Shown: one piece after another, positions 7,367 to 17,298 of the stretch
Position numbering within the stretch: position 1 is the stretch's first letter
How the letters are laid out: the number at the start of each line of letters is the position of its first letter
IMG/VR virus record: IMGVR_UViG_3300006903_000012
Origin: a virus
DNA: 64,000 bases
Direction: 5' to 3' (one strand)
Translations under genes and position numbers: made by a program
The notes under the pieces: generated by a model
The model's input: the letters and a program-made list of their open reading frames with translations, nothing else
Databases searched by the model: none
Told to the model about the DNA's origin: nothing

Positions 7367-9463
7367 TTATCCTAACCAAACAGCTCCAATCACTATTGGA
7401 TCTGCAAATGCCGACACAACCGTCGCCCAATTCCCAATTTTATTTACTAACGTTACGCCACTATTAGTACTATAATAGATAGCTGATGAACTCAAAAACA
7501 ATAAACGGGCTGAACTAAATGCCCATAAAACCAAACTTCGAATACCAAGTAAACCAGTTGATTGAGTCGTCCAACTAACGCCCCCGTTTGTCGACTTCAT
7601 CAGACTCCAAGTATCCGAACCTAGATGCTTAAATGTATAAATCGTATTCTTATCTGTAATAAATGATCTCAGTCTTAAGTGCCGATTTTTTGCACTCTCT
7701 GTCAATGCCAAACTAACAACACCATTGATTGTTGTATATCGATACAATCCACCATCGTTTCCCCAAAAATAAATTGAACTATCATCTGAATTACCATCTA
7801 CAAAACATTCAATATCGTTTGCCCCATTCGTCGTTATTAAATTTGAAAAAGAGCTACTACCATTTGTAGATTTCACAACTGTCGATTTATTAGCAGTATA
7901 AACTATCTGGTTATTATGCTGACCAACACTCAAACATTTCTTTTTATCAACGTCTCCTGTCGAGCCTTGTACACCGACAAGTCTTCCAGCAAATCCAGTA
8001 GCACCAAGTTGAAACGTCCCACCAACAGCTAATCGGCCGCCTTCCGAAATTCCAATGGTTTGGGGATAATCAGCTGTATTGCCACCGAATAATGTTCGCC
8101 AGATTAACGCTCCACTTGTTGGGTTAAGTTTCAAAACCTGCCAACGACGAGTATTCGGCGAACCTCCCGTTTGTTCGACAACTGCTGCATATACTCCGGA
8201 GCTGTCGGCAGATAGACCTTGTATACAAAGTGTACAGAACGTAGATGCACTAGATGGAGTTGGACTGACAGAATAATCCGCCCAACTACCACTATAATCA
8301 AATCCTGTTGACGCTGTAAGTTTCTTTATAAGACAACCATTATTAGACTGTTTCGAACCAAGTACAAAAACAGCATCTCCTAATAACGCAACACCCACAG
8401 CCCAATAACTAGAAGATGTAGTCGGTTGTACATTTCTTGACCAGACTAACCCACCAGATAAAGCAGATCGACATTCAATGCGCCACATCAAAACAGAATT
8501 CACTGAATCATATTCTGATCCGACAACATAAACAAACGATTCATCACAAACCATGTGATAAGGTTTAAAGTCGGTAGACACAGATACAAGATTAGTAACT
8601 GCCCAACCAGACGAACCATTCGATTTATCATAGCGGGCTATTCGCCAACCTCTTTTAGCTGGTGACGAATTTCTGATAAATCCTGCCGCAAATACACTTG
8701 TTGAATTACAACAAACACTTCCTGGACCAATAGAAACATCAGCTGGGGTTGTTGAGTTACTCCAAACAACTACGCCATCTATGAGTCTGCGGCATTGGAC
8801 AACCCAATTTAAAGAATCTTTCCCAAAAAGATATAAATAAGTATCATCAGTTGCAAGATGTGTTCCGTCTTCCAAGTTGTTGTTTGCTGGTGATAGATTA
8901 GCATCTACAGCAAACCAAACAGATTCTCCAGAAGATGGATCTCGTTTATAAATGGCTAGAATACCTGTCGCAGTTCCATCACGCCCACAAGTATAAATAG
9001 CATCGTCCGTAATTGAGAGAGAATCAACTGTGTCAGTATGAGCTGGATCTAAGCTATTGTCAATCGATATACCGAAAATCGAACCACCAGAACTATATCC
9101 GACATCCGTTAGACCTGTCCAAGTCGGTCCTGACCAAGTTGAACCATTATCATCAGATCGAAGAACATATTGTCGACTCTCTATATCAGTCGAAACCACT
9201 TTAGCATACATCAAAATGTAATAGACGTATTTCTTTGCGGCTGTGTTCCGAACCCGGACAAATTCCGGATTCAAACTAGAATCAAAAAAATCAGTTGTTT
9301 GAGCTATTCTAGTCCAAGTTGGAATTGAATCATTTAGATTCAACGTTTTATAAATTGAATTACTAGTTATAACCCACGCCCGATATTTCGGATAGAATGG
9401 ATCCAGAATCATATCCACAATCGTACCTGAAATAGACCCAGTTATTTTTCGCCAAGTTGCCAT
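7367..9463 (-). CDS. Tail-associated beta-propeller protein with BNR/Asp-box motifs (698 aa)
   Basis: Asp-box-like SxDxGxTW strings (SDDNGSTW, STNGGVSW, STNGSSSF) and repeated W/Y-rich blades, within the tail module. Confidence 0.55.
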   Translation of the reverse strand: MATWRKITGSISGTIVDMILDPFYPKYRAWVITSNSIYKTLNLNDSIPTWTRIAQTTDFFDSSLNPEFVRVRNTAAKKYVYYILMYAKVVSTDIESRQYVLRSDDNGSTWSGPTWTGLTDVGYSSGGSIFGISIDNSLDPAHTDTVDSLSITDDAIYTCGRDGTATGILAIYKRDPSSGESVWFAVDANLSPANNNLEDGTHLATDDTYLYLFGKDSLNWVVQCRRLIDGVVVWSNSTTPADVSIGPGSVCCNSTSVFAAGFIRNSSPAKRGWRIARYDKSNGSSGWAVTNLVSVSTDFKPYHMVCDESFVYVVGSEYDSVNSVLMWRIECRSALSGGLVWSRNVQPTTSSSYWAVGVALLGDAVFVLGSKQSNNGCLIKKLTASTGFDYSGSWADYSVSPTPSSASTFCTLCIQGLSADSSGVYAAVVEQTGGSPNTRRWQVLKLNPTSGALIWRTLFGGNTADYPQTIGISEGGRLAVGGTFQLGATGFAGRLVGVQGSTGDVDKKKCLSVGQHNNQIVYTANKSTVVKSTNGSSSFSNLITTNGANDIECFVDGNSDDSSIYFWGNDGGLYRYTTINGVVSLALTESAKNRHLRLRSFITDKNTIYTFKHLGSDTWSLMKSTNGGVSWTTQSTGLLGIRSLVLWAFSSARLLFLSSSAIYYSTNSGVTLVNKIGNWATVVSAFADPIVIGAVWLG

Positions 9464-11451
9464 TATGAAGTAAAATTCCTTGATCTTCCGATATTGTCAT
9501 CAACAGCCACATATACTAAATCGACTGTCGACAAAGTTGAGATTGGGGGCAACGGAGGAGTATCTGGAAGAGGTGCTTCCAAAGGATCATCTGGTGGAAC
9601 TGGTAAATATGGCCCAGTAACACCGGCAGGACCATCCGTTTCCTCATCGCAACCAATGTCAACTAATAAGACTTGTGCTGCTCGATCATATTGAAAATTA
9701 ACCGATCTAGGAATTACATTTTTCAACAACCAGACTAATCCGAGATAATTATCATTTACTGTCAATGTTATCTTGACACGTTCCTGTGGAGCAATATCAA
9801 AAATTCGATAATCACCCGACAAAGGGATTCGAATATCGTAGTAAATTCGATTCTGATCGGCCAAGATGTTTCCCGCTAACTGATTACTCGCATCTTGACT
9901 TTGCTGTACCAAACCATTAATAATTCTTGTCGATCCTTGATATTTCGGCGCTGAACCGGGAGCCGACGAAATAACTGCAAAAAACTGACCAGAAGCAGGT
10001 CCTTCATATAAGATTCCGCCCACTTCAACATAAGCAACCACATCTTCTCGCCGTTGTTGAATATTTAGTCGATCCCGCCAGTCGGCTCGAGTCAAAGTTA
10101 GAGAACTACCAGGATTTCTATCTTCAATAGGAATGAGATCAATTTTCTTTTCAGTCCAACCCTGGCCTTGTCGATCAAAAACTAAATGAGCTAATAATGT
10201 TGATTGTAAAAACCCATCGACCGCCGAATACATCGGTTCACGTGAAAAATCAGCAAACTGAACCGGATCAGTATTTCCATTCTTATTTATATCAGCTATT
10301 AGATACACAGTGGTATGCCAGCGAAAAAAGTGCATAACGGCTTTATCAACTGTCATATTTTTCAACTGATACCAAGAAGTTGGCGTTGATACAGATTGAA
10401 GCGAGACCGAGAAAACTTCAGAGATTTCTAATCGATCTGCTAATCCCGCCGTTTCAAAACTAACCAGTGAGGTTGTTGGATCAATCGCAACTGATCCACT
10501 TTTCACATAACCAACATAAACAATTTTCTCTAAGTTGGGATAATTCCCGCCAATGCTTTGTTGTGTAGTCGAATACCAATCATCGGCAAAGATAACTACT
10601 AAAGCACCATCAACTACATTGTCGAAATCAGCCGATTGGCGCATCCAAATCTTAGCTTCCCAACCACCACGATTATAATCACCCATTAAATTCTCAATTC
10701 CCCAATTAAGAATTGGCGGGTTATTACCACCAGGAGCATCACGAATGATTACATGTCGATAAGCTGTAAAAGACTTTCCAGAATTATTGGTGACAGTCAG
10801 ACTGACTAAATAATCGCCCGCAGTTGTCCAATTGATATTTCCCGGTGTGGCTGCTGTTGAAGATGTAACTGTCGCACCTTCAAACGACCATAGATAACTA
10901 GTTATCGTTCCACTGGCATTCAAATCGTAGCTGTGTGATCCATCAAAATAACTAGATGCTACTCCACTTCGAATAATTACTGCTCGATTAGGACCCATCA
11001 TCGGAATCGGATCAAAAATTTCATTCTGATTAGTATAAGTTACATCATAATCTTTATAGAATGTTGGAATGTTGGCACTACTTAAAGTAATTCTAGGATA
11101 AATTCCCCACAACTCAAAAAAATTCAAAACTGAAAAATAAACACCACTTGACCAATCAATGTCTGTATTTTCAGCCACTGTAATCGTCGTTCCGTTAGCA
11201 GATCGTGTCCGTAGTCGCCCTAAATCACGACCGCCCGGTGTTGTTCCGACAATCATGGTCATTCCATTTTTTATTTTTGTATAATCGCCAGTCGCATTTT
11301 GATAATGAATGACTCGATAGCCTTTAGCTGCCGTCGAGTCATTCACTTGCGCTGAAAAGATAGTTGTTGGTCGATAAATAGCTAAATGCAGACTTGTTCG
11401 ATGCGGGCGCGAACGTAATAAACTTAATTCTGTTGAAGAAATTACCGTCAC
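9463..11451 (-). CDS. Tail tip/baseplate protein with a PKD-like Ig domain (662 aa)
   Basis: The segment SYLWSFEGATVTSSTAATPGNINWTTAGDYLVSLTVTNNSGKSFTAYRHVII matches the PKD pattern (WxFGDG...GxYxVxLTVTD). It lies downstream of the tape measure and has an ATGA overlap with the next gene. Confidence 0.55.
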   Translation of the reverse strand: MTVISSTELSLLRSRPHRTSLHLAIYRPTTIFSAQVNDSTAAKGYRVIHYQNATGDYTKIKNGMTMIVGTTPGGRDLGRLRTRSANGTTITVAENTDIDWSSGVYFSVLNFFELWGIYPRITLSSANIPTFYKDYDVTYTNQNEIFDPIPMMGPNRAVIIRSGVASSYFDGSHSYDLNASGTITSYLWSFEGATVTSSTAATPGNINWTTAGDYLVSLTVTNNSGKSFTAYRHVIIRDAPGGNNPPILNWGIENLMGDYNRGGWEAKIWMRQSADFDNVVDGALVVIFADDWYSTTQQSIGGNYPNLEKIVYVGYVKSGSVAIDPTTSLVSFETAGLADRLEISEVFSVSLQSVSTPTSWYQLKNMTVDKAVMHFFRWHTTVYLIADINKNGNTDPVQFADFSREPMYSAVDGFLQSTLLAHLVFDRQGQGWTEKKIDLIPIEDRNPGSSLTLTRADWRDRLNIQQRREDVVAYVEVGGILYEGPASGQFFAVISSAPGSAPKYQGSTRIINGLVQQSQDASNQLAGNILADQNRIYYDIRIPLSGDYRIFDIAPQERVKITLTVNDNYLGLVWLLKNVIPRSVNFQYDRAAQVLLVDIGCDEETDGPAGVTGPYLPVPPDDPLEAPLPDTPPLPPISTLSTVDLVYVAVDDNIGRSRNFTS

Positions 11452-11460
11452 ATAACACCT

Positions 11461-11814
11461 CTAGATAACTATATTTCTAATCATCAATTTGACATTTGTA
11501 TAATAACCATTAAAAAAATCACCAGAAGTCGGCTCATCAATGACACAGCCAGTATAAGTTACAAACGGAGTAAAAGACGCTGCGCTTCTTGGGGGCAAAG
11601 TTACTGAGACAGTTCCAGTTGCAGAAATTGCATTCCAATAATCATACAGCGTCTTGAACTCAGCATAAGTCAATAAATCCCACGATAAAACTAGTGAATA
11701 AGTTGGTTCATAAATTACTCGATTATTTCCATCTAAGCCTAAAGACCGCCGAGACCAAGTACCAGGAACAGATGGTTCAATTGGCAGCGCTTGTCCGTTT
11801 ATTTTATAGTTCAT
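11461..11814 (-). CDS. Small tail component directly after the tape measure (distal-tail-protein position, 117 aa)
   Basis: Gene order only. Confidence 0.45.
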   Translation of the reverse strand: MNYKINGQALPIEPSVPGTWSRRSLGLDGNNRVIYEPTYSLVLSWDLLTYAEFKTLYDYWNAISATGTVSVTLPPRSAASFTPFVTYTGCVIDEPTSGDFFNGYYTNVKLMIRNIVI

Positions 11815-11815
11815 A

Positions 11816-14626
11816 CTAACCTCGTCTAATTGATGCTTTAGGAATCAATGGCGCCAAAGTATCTGCCAACCGGTCGAATAATTTATCCTCAGCTTCTTCA
11901 CTGAAATGTGAATCAGCCGAAACTTTAACTTCAACTTCTAATTTATTCGAACTGCCACCACTAATCCCGGATGCCAACTGTGATAGACTAGTCACTGAGT
12001 TCATCGGCACCTGTAATGATGCTTCGGGACCACCTTCACCAATTAAGATATTAGTTGGCTTGTTTGCAACAATTAGCCCACCGGTTGCTTGTGGGATTGG
12101 AACACCCCCATACTGATTAGCATACATGTCTTCCAAAGATGAGCCCCACAAATCACCTGATTGCTCAGAATTAATACTGATAGTGATTTGACCATTCCGT
12201 TTCATTCGAGCAATAAATCCATCGATCAATTTAGAAATTTGTCCGCCAGCACCATAGATCCTATCAATTGAGTTTAAGACTTTCTTAGCACCAGCTTCAT
12301 TGACATCTTCTTGATCTGCCCAATGTGAAACTAGCGTTGCGATTCGTTCCTTATTAGCTGCTTGTAAAGCAGCCATTTCTTTTTCGTGACTTTTCAGTAA
12401 TTCCGCATGACGTTTCTCAGTAGCAACAATTAACGCCGCCATCTCTTGACGATAATTTGATTGTAACTCAGCAATTCTTTCTTTTTCAGATTGCCGAAGA
12501 TCAGCCAAGCGATCATTATAGTTCTTAATTGCTTCTTGTTTAGCTCGCTCAGCATTTTGTCTAATTCTTTCAATATCATGCTGTTCTGATTCTTGATCCT
12601 CAGTCTCTTTCCGGCGCCGATCTTCATTTGCCCGAGAAACTTCAATTGCATGCTGCCGCATTAATTGCAAAACTTGCTTGGCATCACGATTTTGAACAGC
12701 ATCTAAAAGATTTAGATTATAATCTTCTTCCATTCGCTTCATTCGAAGCAGAAAGTCTTCCTTACTCTTTACTCGACGTTCTTCATTATCCTTTTGCTTA
12801 GCTGCAATACTTTCATTAGTTCGCTCATCGATTTTTTGAAGATCTTCATCAAGAGATTTCTTTAATTTTATTTCTTCTTTAGCTGTTCGTTCTTTGACCT
12901 TAGAAATTTCTTTAGATAATTGCTCACTTAAATCAGACATTTTTGCAACAACTTGTTGATTGAATTCATCCATTGCTTCAACAAATTTTGATTGCGACTC
13001 TTGAACTCGCTTCTGACCTTCGTCAATCGCATCCGCCAAAGAAATCGCCAGACTAGCTAATTTTTTCTTTTGCTTCTGGTCATCTTCTTCACCTTCAGAT
13101 GGGAATGGTAACGGTCCTGCTGTAGTTGTTGCTGCGGGAGTCTGTTCCTTGATCCCCACAAACGCACGCAGAATCTCATCGCCAGTAGCAATTGCAGCAG
13201 CCTTAATTTCATCAAACGTCTGCATTGCCTCACCACGCATCAACTTCCCCAAATTACTAAATGATAGTTCGACAAACTTAAAAAACGCTCCGACGCCACT
13301 TGCTGATAAGGCCAACGCTTGACCAAATGCGACAACACCAGAATTAAGAAAATCAAAAATACCCTTTAGAGCAGCGGGTGGAACAAAAGCCCCCCAAAAC
13401 GCCTTGACTGATCCGGCATAAGCTGAAAAAGTTAAAATCAAACCAGAGATTGTATTAGCCAAAGTCTGAAGATTACTAGTCAACAAGATGACTAATGGAA
13501 TGCCTTGATCCCGAATACCAGCTGCAATATCAAAGATCATTTGACCAAATTTAGTTAATTTAGGATTACCCTCTGAATCCAAAACCGAAGCTCCATTTTC
13601 AATCTCGACAAATAACTTTCTAAATTCTTTCCAAAACTTCTCGGCAGCTGTTATACTCATATCCAAAACTGGCAATAATGCCTGACCAAATGCCGCTTTA
13701 CCTTCTTCAATATATCTAGGTAATGAACCAATGCGCTTGCCTAAAGATTCCAAACTGTGCTCATATAGACCGGTAAATCCAGATGCTTGCTGTAAAATTC
13801 CATTGATAATAGCTTGCCGTTTTTCAACTTGTGTTAATTGCTCAGCCGTCTTCCCAATTGTTGCAGCATATTTCTCCTGCATTTGGGAAGCTGTTTGCTG
13901 AATACCGACCGCTCGCAGAATTTCAGCATTTCCAGTCAAGATAGCATAAACAAAACGATTAAATGTTTCACTCGAATTTCTACCGTAAGCCACTGCCATG
14001 TCTTGTCCTGCGCGCGCAAGTTTTTCAATATTTTCAATCGGCAGCTTGTTTGACAAAAACTGCATAATACTTTCTATGGCTTCAGTCGTTGTAATACCAG
14101 TTCGCTGCAGATCAGCTACTTTCGACCGAACAAAATCGACATTCTGTCCAGCGTTCTTTGAAATAACTTCAAGACCGACTTTTAGACTATCTAATCGAGC
14201 AGCTGTTTGAAGTCCTTCTTCCCCGATTTGCTTTAGGAAATTAACTACCGACCCCAATCCACCAACCACTGAAGTAATAACACCTATCCAAACACTAAAG
14301 GTGCCAACAATATCAGCAAAGACACCGGCCATCTGACTGCCAGCACCAGCGGCGGCCACTAAACCCGTATTTAATGTTTTAGTACCTTCGTTGATTGCGC
14401 TAAAAATATTCCCCGATTTATTGAGTTCCGAAAATGCTGATCCCAAAGACGTCTTAATAATTGTACCGATTAATTTAAATTCTTCTTCGGTCGAAAGTCG
14501 AGTTTTCTTAAACCCAGTTGTCAAAATCTCTTCAGCTTTTTTAGATGCTTCTTCACAACGAGCCAATAACCCGTCGGTTCTCGCAACTAAATCAACATAT
14601 AATGTATCGATTGGTTCATTTGGCAT
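11816..14626 (-). CDS. Tape measure protein (936 aa)
   Basis: Size and position after the chaperone ORFs. It has N-terminal Gly/Ala-rich hydrophobic segments and a long Glu/Lys/Arg/Gln coiled-coil centre. Confidence 0.8.
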   Translation of the reverse strand: MPNEPIDTLYVDLVARTDGLLARCEEASKKAEEILTTGFKKTRLSTEEEFKLIGTIIKTSLGSAFSELNKSGNIFSAINEGTKTLNTGLVAAAGAGSQMAGVFADIVGTFSVWIGVITSVVGGLGSVVNFLKQIGEEGLQTAARLDSLKVGLEVISKNAGQNVDFVRSKVADLQRTGITTTEAIESIMQFLSNKLPIENIEKLARAGQDMAVAYGRNSSETFNRFVYAILTGNAEILRAVGIQQTASQMQEKYAATIGKTAEQLTQVEKRQAIINGILQQASGFTGLYEHSLESLGKRIGSLPRYIEEGKAAFGQALLPVLDMSITAAEKFWKEFRKLFVEIENGASVLDSEGNPKLTKFGQMIFDIAAGIRDQGIPLVILLTSNLQTLANTISGLILTFSAYAGSVKAFWGAFVPPAALKGIFDFLNSGVVAFGQALALSASGVGAFFKFVELSFSNLGKLMRGEAMQTFDEIKAAAIATGDEILRAFVGIKEQTPAATTTAGPLPFPSEGEEDDQKQKKKLASLAISLADAIDEGQKRVQESQSKFVEAMDEFNQQVVAKMSDLSEQLSKEISKVKERTAKEEIKLKKSLDEDLQKIDERTNESIAAKQKDNEERRVKSKEDFLLRMKRMEEDYNLNLLDAVQNRDAKQVLQLMRQHAIEVSRANEDRRRKETEDQESEQHDIERIRQNAERAKQEAIKNYNDRLADLRQSEKERIAELQSNYRQEMAALIVATEKRHAELLKSHEKEMAALQAANKERIATLVSHWADQEDVNEAGAKKVLNSIDRIYGAGGQISKLIDGFIARMKRNGQITISINSEQSGDLWGSSLEDMYANQYGGVPIPQATGGLIVANKPTNILIGEGGPEASLQVPMNSVTSLSQLASGISGGSSNKLEVEVKVSADSHFSEEAEDKLFDRLADTLAPLIPKASIRRG

Positions 14627-15005
14627 TCTTGTCCCAATTTGTTTTGATCCATATTAAATTCGCTACATCTTGCCGATCAAGAATACCTAGTTCCAATAAG
14701 ACTGCAAACGCAGTATCTAACCGATTAGTTTTCCAAGAAACTTGAATATCTTTTACTACTTTAGAATCTAATTCAGAAAGCGTTTTTCCTAACAGATTCT
14801 CGGCCACTTTTAGAATGTCTGCTCGAAAATCAGAATCATTCAAAAACTTATCACTCAACTCAGCTAGAATAAGTTGTTTCCCCTTTTTTGTTTGAGCACT
14901 TCCTATTGCTGCCACGAACGGTGCATACTCTCTAAGATGTTTCGCTAGAAGTGCTATCGTCTCTAATTTCTTTTCCAACGTCATTTGCGTTGGTTGGAAT
15001 CTCAT
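14616..15005 (-). CDS. Tail assembly chaperone-position protein (129 aa)
   Basis: It lies between the major tail and tape measure genes, has its own GAGGTG RBS 7 nt before the ATG at 15005, and overlaps both neighbours. Confidence 0.5.
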   Translation of the reverse strand: MRFQPTQMTLEKKLETIALLAKHLREYAPFVAAIGSAQTKKGKQLILAELSDKFLNDSDFRADILKVAENLLGKTLSELDSKVVKDIQVSWKTNRLDTAFAVLLELGILDRQDVANLIWIKTNWDKNAK

Positions 15006-15720
15006 ATCGTTTCACCTCACCCGTCTTAGCATATTGACTTAAATCAACTACCACACCATCTGGTTGGAATTTCTCTGAAACTTTAGAAATCTTTGAATCA
15101 ACAGGAACTCTTCTAGCCCCTGATATTTTGCTCATCCAAGGCGGATCTTGATATGGTACTTTCCGATAACTGTCACCGGATTTTTCAAATCCTACTTCTG
15201 AGAGATAATATGCATTTTTTCTTTCTTCATTTTCCAGAAGAAGTGCTTCTTGAAAATACGCCATCACTTCATAATAAGATAACTGGTTAAGTATATAATC
15301 CGCCGTCCATGAAAACTTTGAAGCTAAAGTTGCAACTATTTTTGCAATAGCTTGCCCATCATAATCGACAAGCGTAACTAATTCTATTTCATTCTTCTTA
15401 TTATTTTCAACTTTACTAGTTTGCCAAGCAAACACTGGCACTATTTTGTGTATCTGACTGATTGCACTTGAGACAATCAACAAATCAGAAGCATCGAACT
15501 CTTTCCAAGTATCTGAAAAAACAATAGAAAGAATCGAGATAAAAGTTTTTAATTTTAAACAAGGATCAGCATTGATATCTATAAATTCTCGATTCAACTG
15601 GAGGCTTTGTAAAAAAGATAACGGCCCAACTCTGACAACTCCTTTGGATACCCGAACATCCAAAAATGGTCGTTCGACTGCATCAAAGAAATTCGGAGTA
15701 TCCAAAGGTGTGTCAGACAT
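14932..15720 (-). CDS. Tail assembly chaperone-position protein (262 aa)
   Basis: Directly downstream of the major tail gene, with an AAGGAG RBS. Confidence 0.5.
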   Translation of the reverse strand: MSDTPLDTPNFFDAVERPFLDVRVSKGVVRVGPLSFLQSLQLNREFIDINADPCLKLKTFISILSIVFSDTWKEFDASDLLIVSSAISQIHKIVPVFAWQTSKVENNKKNEIELVTLVDYDGQAIAKIVATLASKFSWTADYILNQLSYYEVMAYFQEALLLENEERKNAYYLSEVGFEKSGDSYRKVPYQDPPWMSKISGARRVPVDSKISKVSEKFQPDGVVVDLSQYAKTGEVKRYEIPTNANDVGKEIRDDSTSSETS

Positions 15721-15732
15721 AACTAACTCTCC

Positions 15733-16359
15733 TTAGAGCTTACTGGGATCCAACCGAAGAACCGTCGCAAACCGCTGATCGGCGGGCTTCGTATCATCAG
15801 CCAACATTCGCAACTTCACACCCAATGTCCAGGGTGTGCCGTAACTCATACCAATTTCCCAAGCATCAACAAACTGTGCCCGATGCCCCGTGAACGAAAC
15901 AAAATCACCGGTATCTTCATCATAAACACGGGAGAAGAAGACCATGTGGTACTTATTATTATCAATCTCACCGAGTCCCATCTTCTCGGTGCCCTCACTT
16001 ACATTATGTGTCACCGTGCCACCTTTGAGCATATGGGTCAGTTGGGACAGCGGCAACAAACTCATCAAAGTAAAATCAACTTCAAGATAATTTCTCTTTT
16101 GAATAACGGACTTGACACCGATCGTGTCGCATCGAACATCGGAGACTTGAACGTTATCTCTAAGTTTGAAGTTGGTGTAACAACCGATTTTATACACTGG
16201 CGCTGCAGTTGTTCCCGTAATACCCCAATAGAAGCCATCTGAATCAGGTGCATATTTCGGGACACCACCAAACCAAAAATCGGGGCCACCTTCCAAAAAC
16301 AGATCATCGACTAACTGAATGCTCCCACTAGGAGAGCTGTTGATTGTTGCAAGGGTCAT
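15733..16359 (-). CDS. Major tail (tube) protein (208 aa)
   Basis: It sits in the canonical siphovirus order connector - tail terminator - major tail - chaperones - tape measure, and is beta-rich. Confidence 0.6.
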   Translation of the reverse strand: MTLATINSSPSGSIQLVDDLFLEGGPDFWFGGVPKYAPDSDGFYWGITGTTAAPVYKIGCYTNFKLRDNVQVSDVRCDTIGVKSVIQKRNYLEVDFTLMSLLPLSQLTHMLKGGTVTHNVSEGTEKMGLGEIDNNKYHMVFFSRVYDEDTGDFVSFTGHRAQFVDAWEIGMSYGTPWTLGVKLRMLADDTKPADQRFATVLRLDPSKL

Positions 16360-16368
16360 CGTTTCACC

Positions 16369-16590
16369 TTAGAGTCTCTCAAACAATTTCACTGAAACGA
16401 CTGACCCGTCGCCATTTTTCTTACAACCACAACCTTGCGTATAGGTTATATTCAAGAAATCTGATACGTCTGCGTCTTCAACTGATAATCTATCTTTACC
16501 GGATGCAGGATCATATCGATATTTTCTACCTGTTTTAGGACCATCAATAACTAACTTGCTACCCGAATGATTGACTCTTAACTGAACCAT
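16369..16590 (-). CDS. Small QGCGC-motif protein (73 aa), paralog of 34812..35078
   Basis: The shared block is VEDADVSDFLNITYTQGCGCKKNG here versus EERDVDAMLKIMTKQGCGCNG in the paralog. Confidence 0.55.
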   Translation of the reverse strand: MVQLRVNHSGSKLVIDGPKTGRKYRYDPASGKDRLSVEDADVSDFLNITYTQGCGCKKNGDGSVVSVKLFERL

Positions 16591-16592
16591 GT

Positions 16593-17066
16593 CTATCCAC
16601 TGGCATCCTTTACCTGTGCCACAAACTGATTCTCAGCACGCCACAGCCGTTCATTTTCAGGCACCGGCGGAATTACACCATTAGGAGGGACATTGATCCG
16701 TGTTACCGGAATAACTATTGGAATATCAGAAGGATACTTAATTCGTCGACCTATTAAATACTTCTCAACAATTCCAGCCAAATTTGCGGCTGCTTTAGAG
16801 CTACTACCTTCAGCATAGCATAAAACTGAAAAGGCAACTTCCCACATTAACGGTCGACACTCACCATCACCAATTGGTGATAAGGAATTGATTGCGACCC
16901 GACATCCGGGATAAACAAAGTCAGTTCCAGTCCAATTATCCTCCCGGATTTCCGGTTTGTTCTGAGGACTCGTCGCCACTGTCGACGTGATCTGCGGAAT
17001 CGACAACATCAACTGAATGATCCCCGCTTGGACCAATACTTGGAACGAAAACTCTGACATACTCAC
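16593..17066 (-). CDS. Tail completion/terminator-position protein (157 aa); start uncertain
   Basis: Gene order. The 5' 130 nt overlap ORF 16936..17280 in another frame. Confidence 0.5.
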   Translation of the reverse strand: MSMSEFSFQVLVQAGIIQLMLSIPQITSTVATSPQNKPEIREDNWTGTDFVYPGCRVAINSLSPIGDGECRPLMWEVAFSVLCYAEGSSSKAAANLAGIVEKYLIGRRIKYPSDIPIVIPVTRINVPPNGVIPPVPENERLWRAENQFVAQVKDASG

Positions 17067-17280
17067 TCACCGGCGGTGCCACATATAAACCCAAAGCCAT
17101 TTGGGCTAGGGTTCCCCAAGTAAACAAATGATAGACACCACGTTTTATTTGCCCGCCGTCACGAAGATCCCGACAATCTTTACACCGAACATAGATACCA
17201 CTGCTATCAAAAGAAAAAAGTGGGGTGTTATAAACATTCAGATTACACCGCACTACTGTCCGTGCTGATTTATCCACCAT
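16936..17280 (-). CDS. Hypothetical head-tail module protein (114 aa) with an acidic low-complexity tail; 3' end uncertain
   Basis: Minus ORF filling the 17067-17280 gap. Its C-terminal third overlaps the next ORF. Confidence 0.4.
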   Translation of the reverse strand: MVDKSARTVVRCNLNVYNTPLFSFDSSGIYVRCKDCRDLRDGGQIKRGVYHLFTWGTLAQMALGLYVAPPVSEYVRVFVPSIGPSGDHSVDVVDSADHVDSGDESSEQTGNPGG

Positions 17281-17298
17281 ACCAATATAAATATACCT

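Noticed and set aside
14932-15005. Canonical -1 programmed frameshift (G/GT type) between the two tail chaperone ORFs
   Set aside because: The downstream ORF is in the +1 frame relative to the upstream one. There is no X_XXY_YYZ heptamer in the zero frame of the overlap (GGAAAAG is phased for the second frame). The second ORF has its own ATG with a GAGGTG RBS, so independent initiation is the simpler reading.
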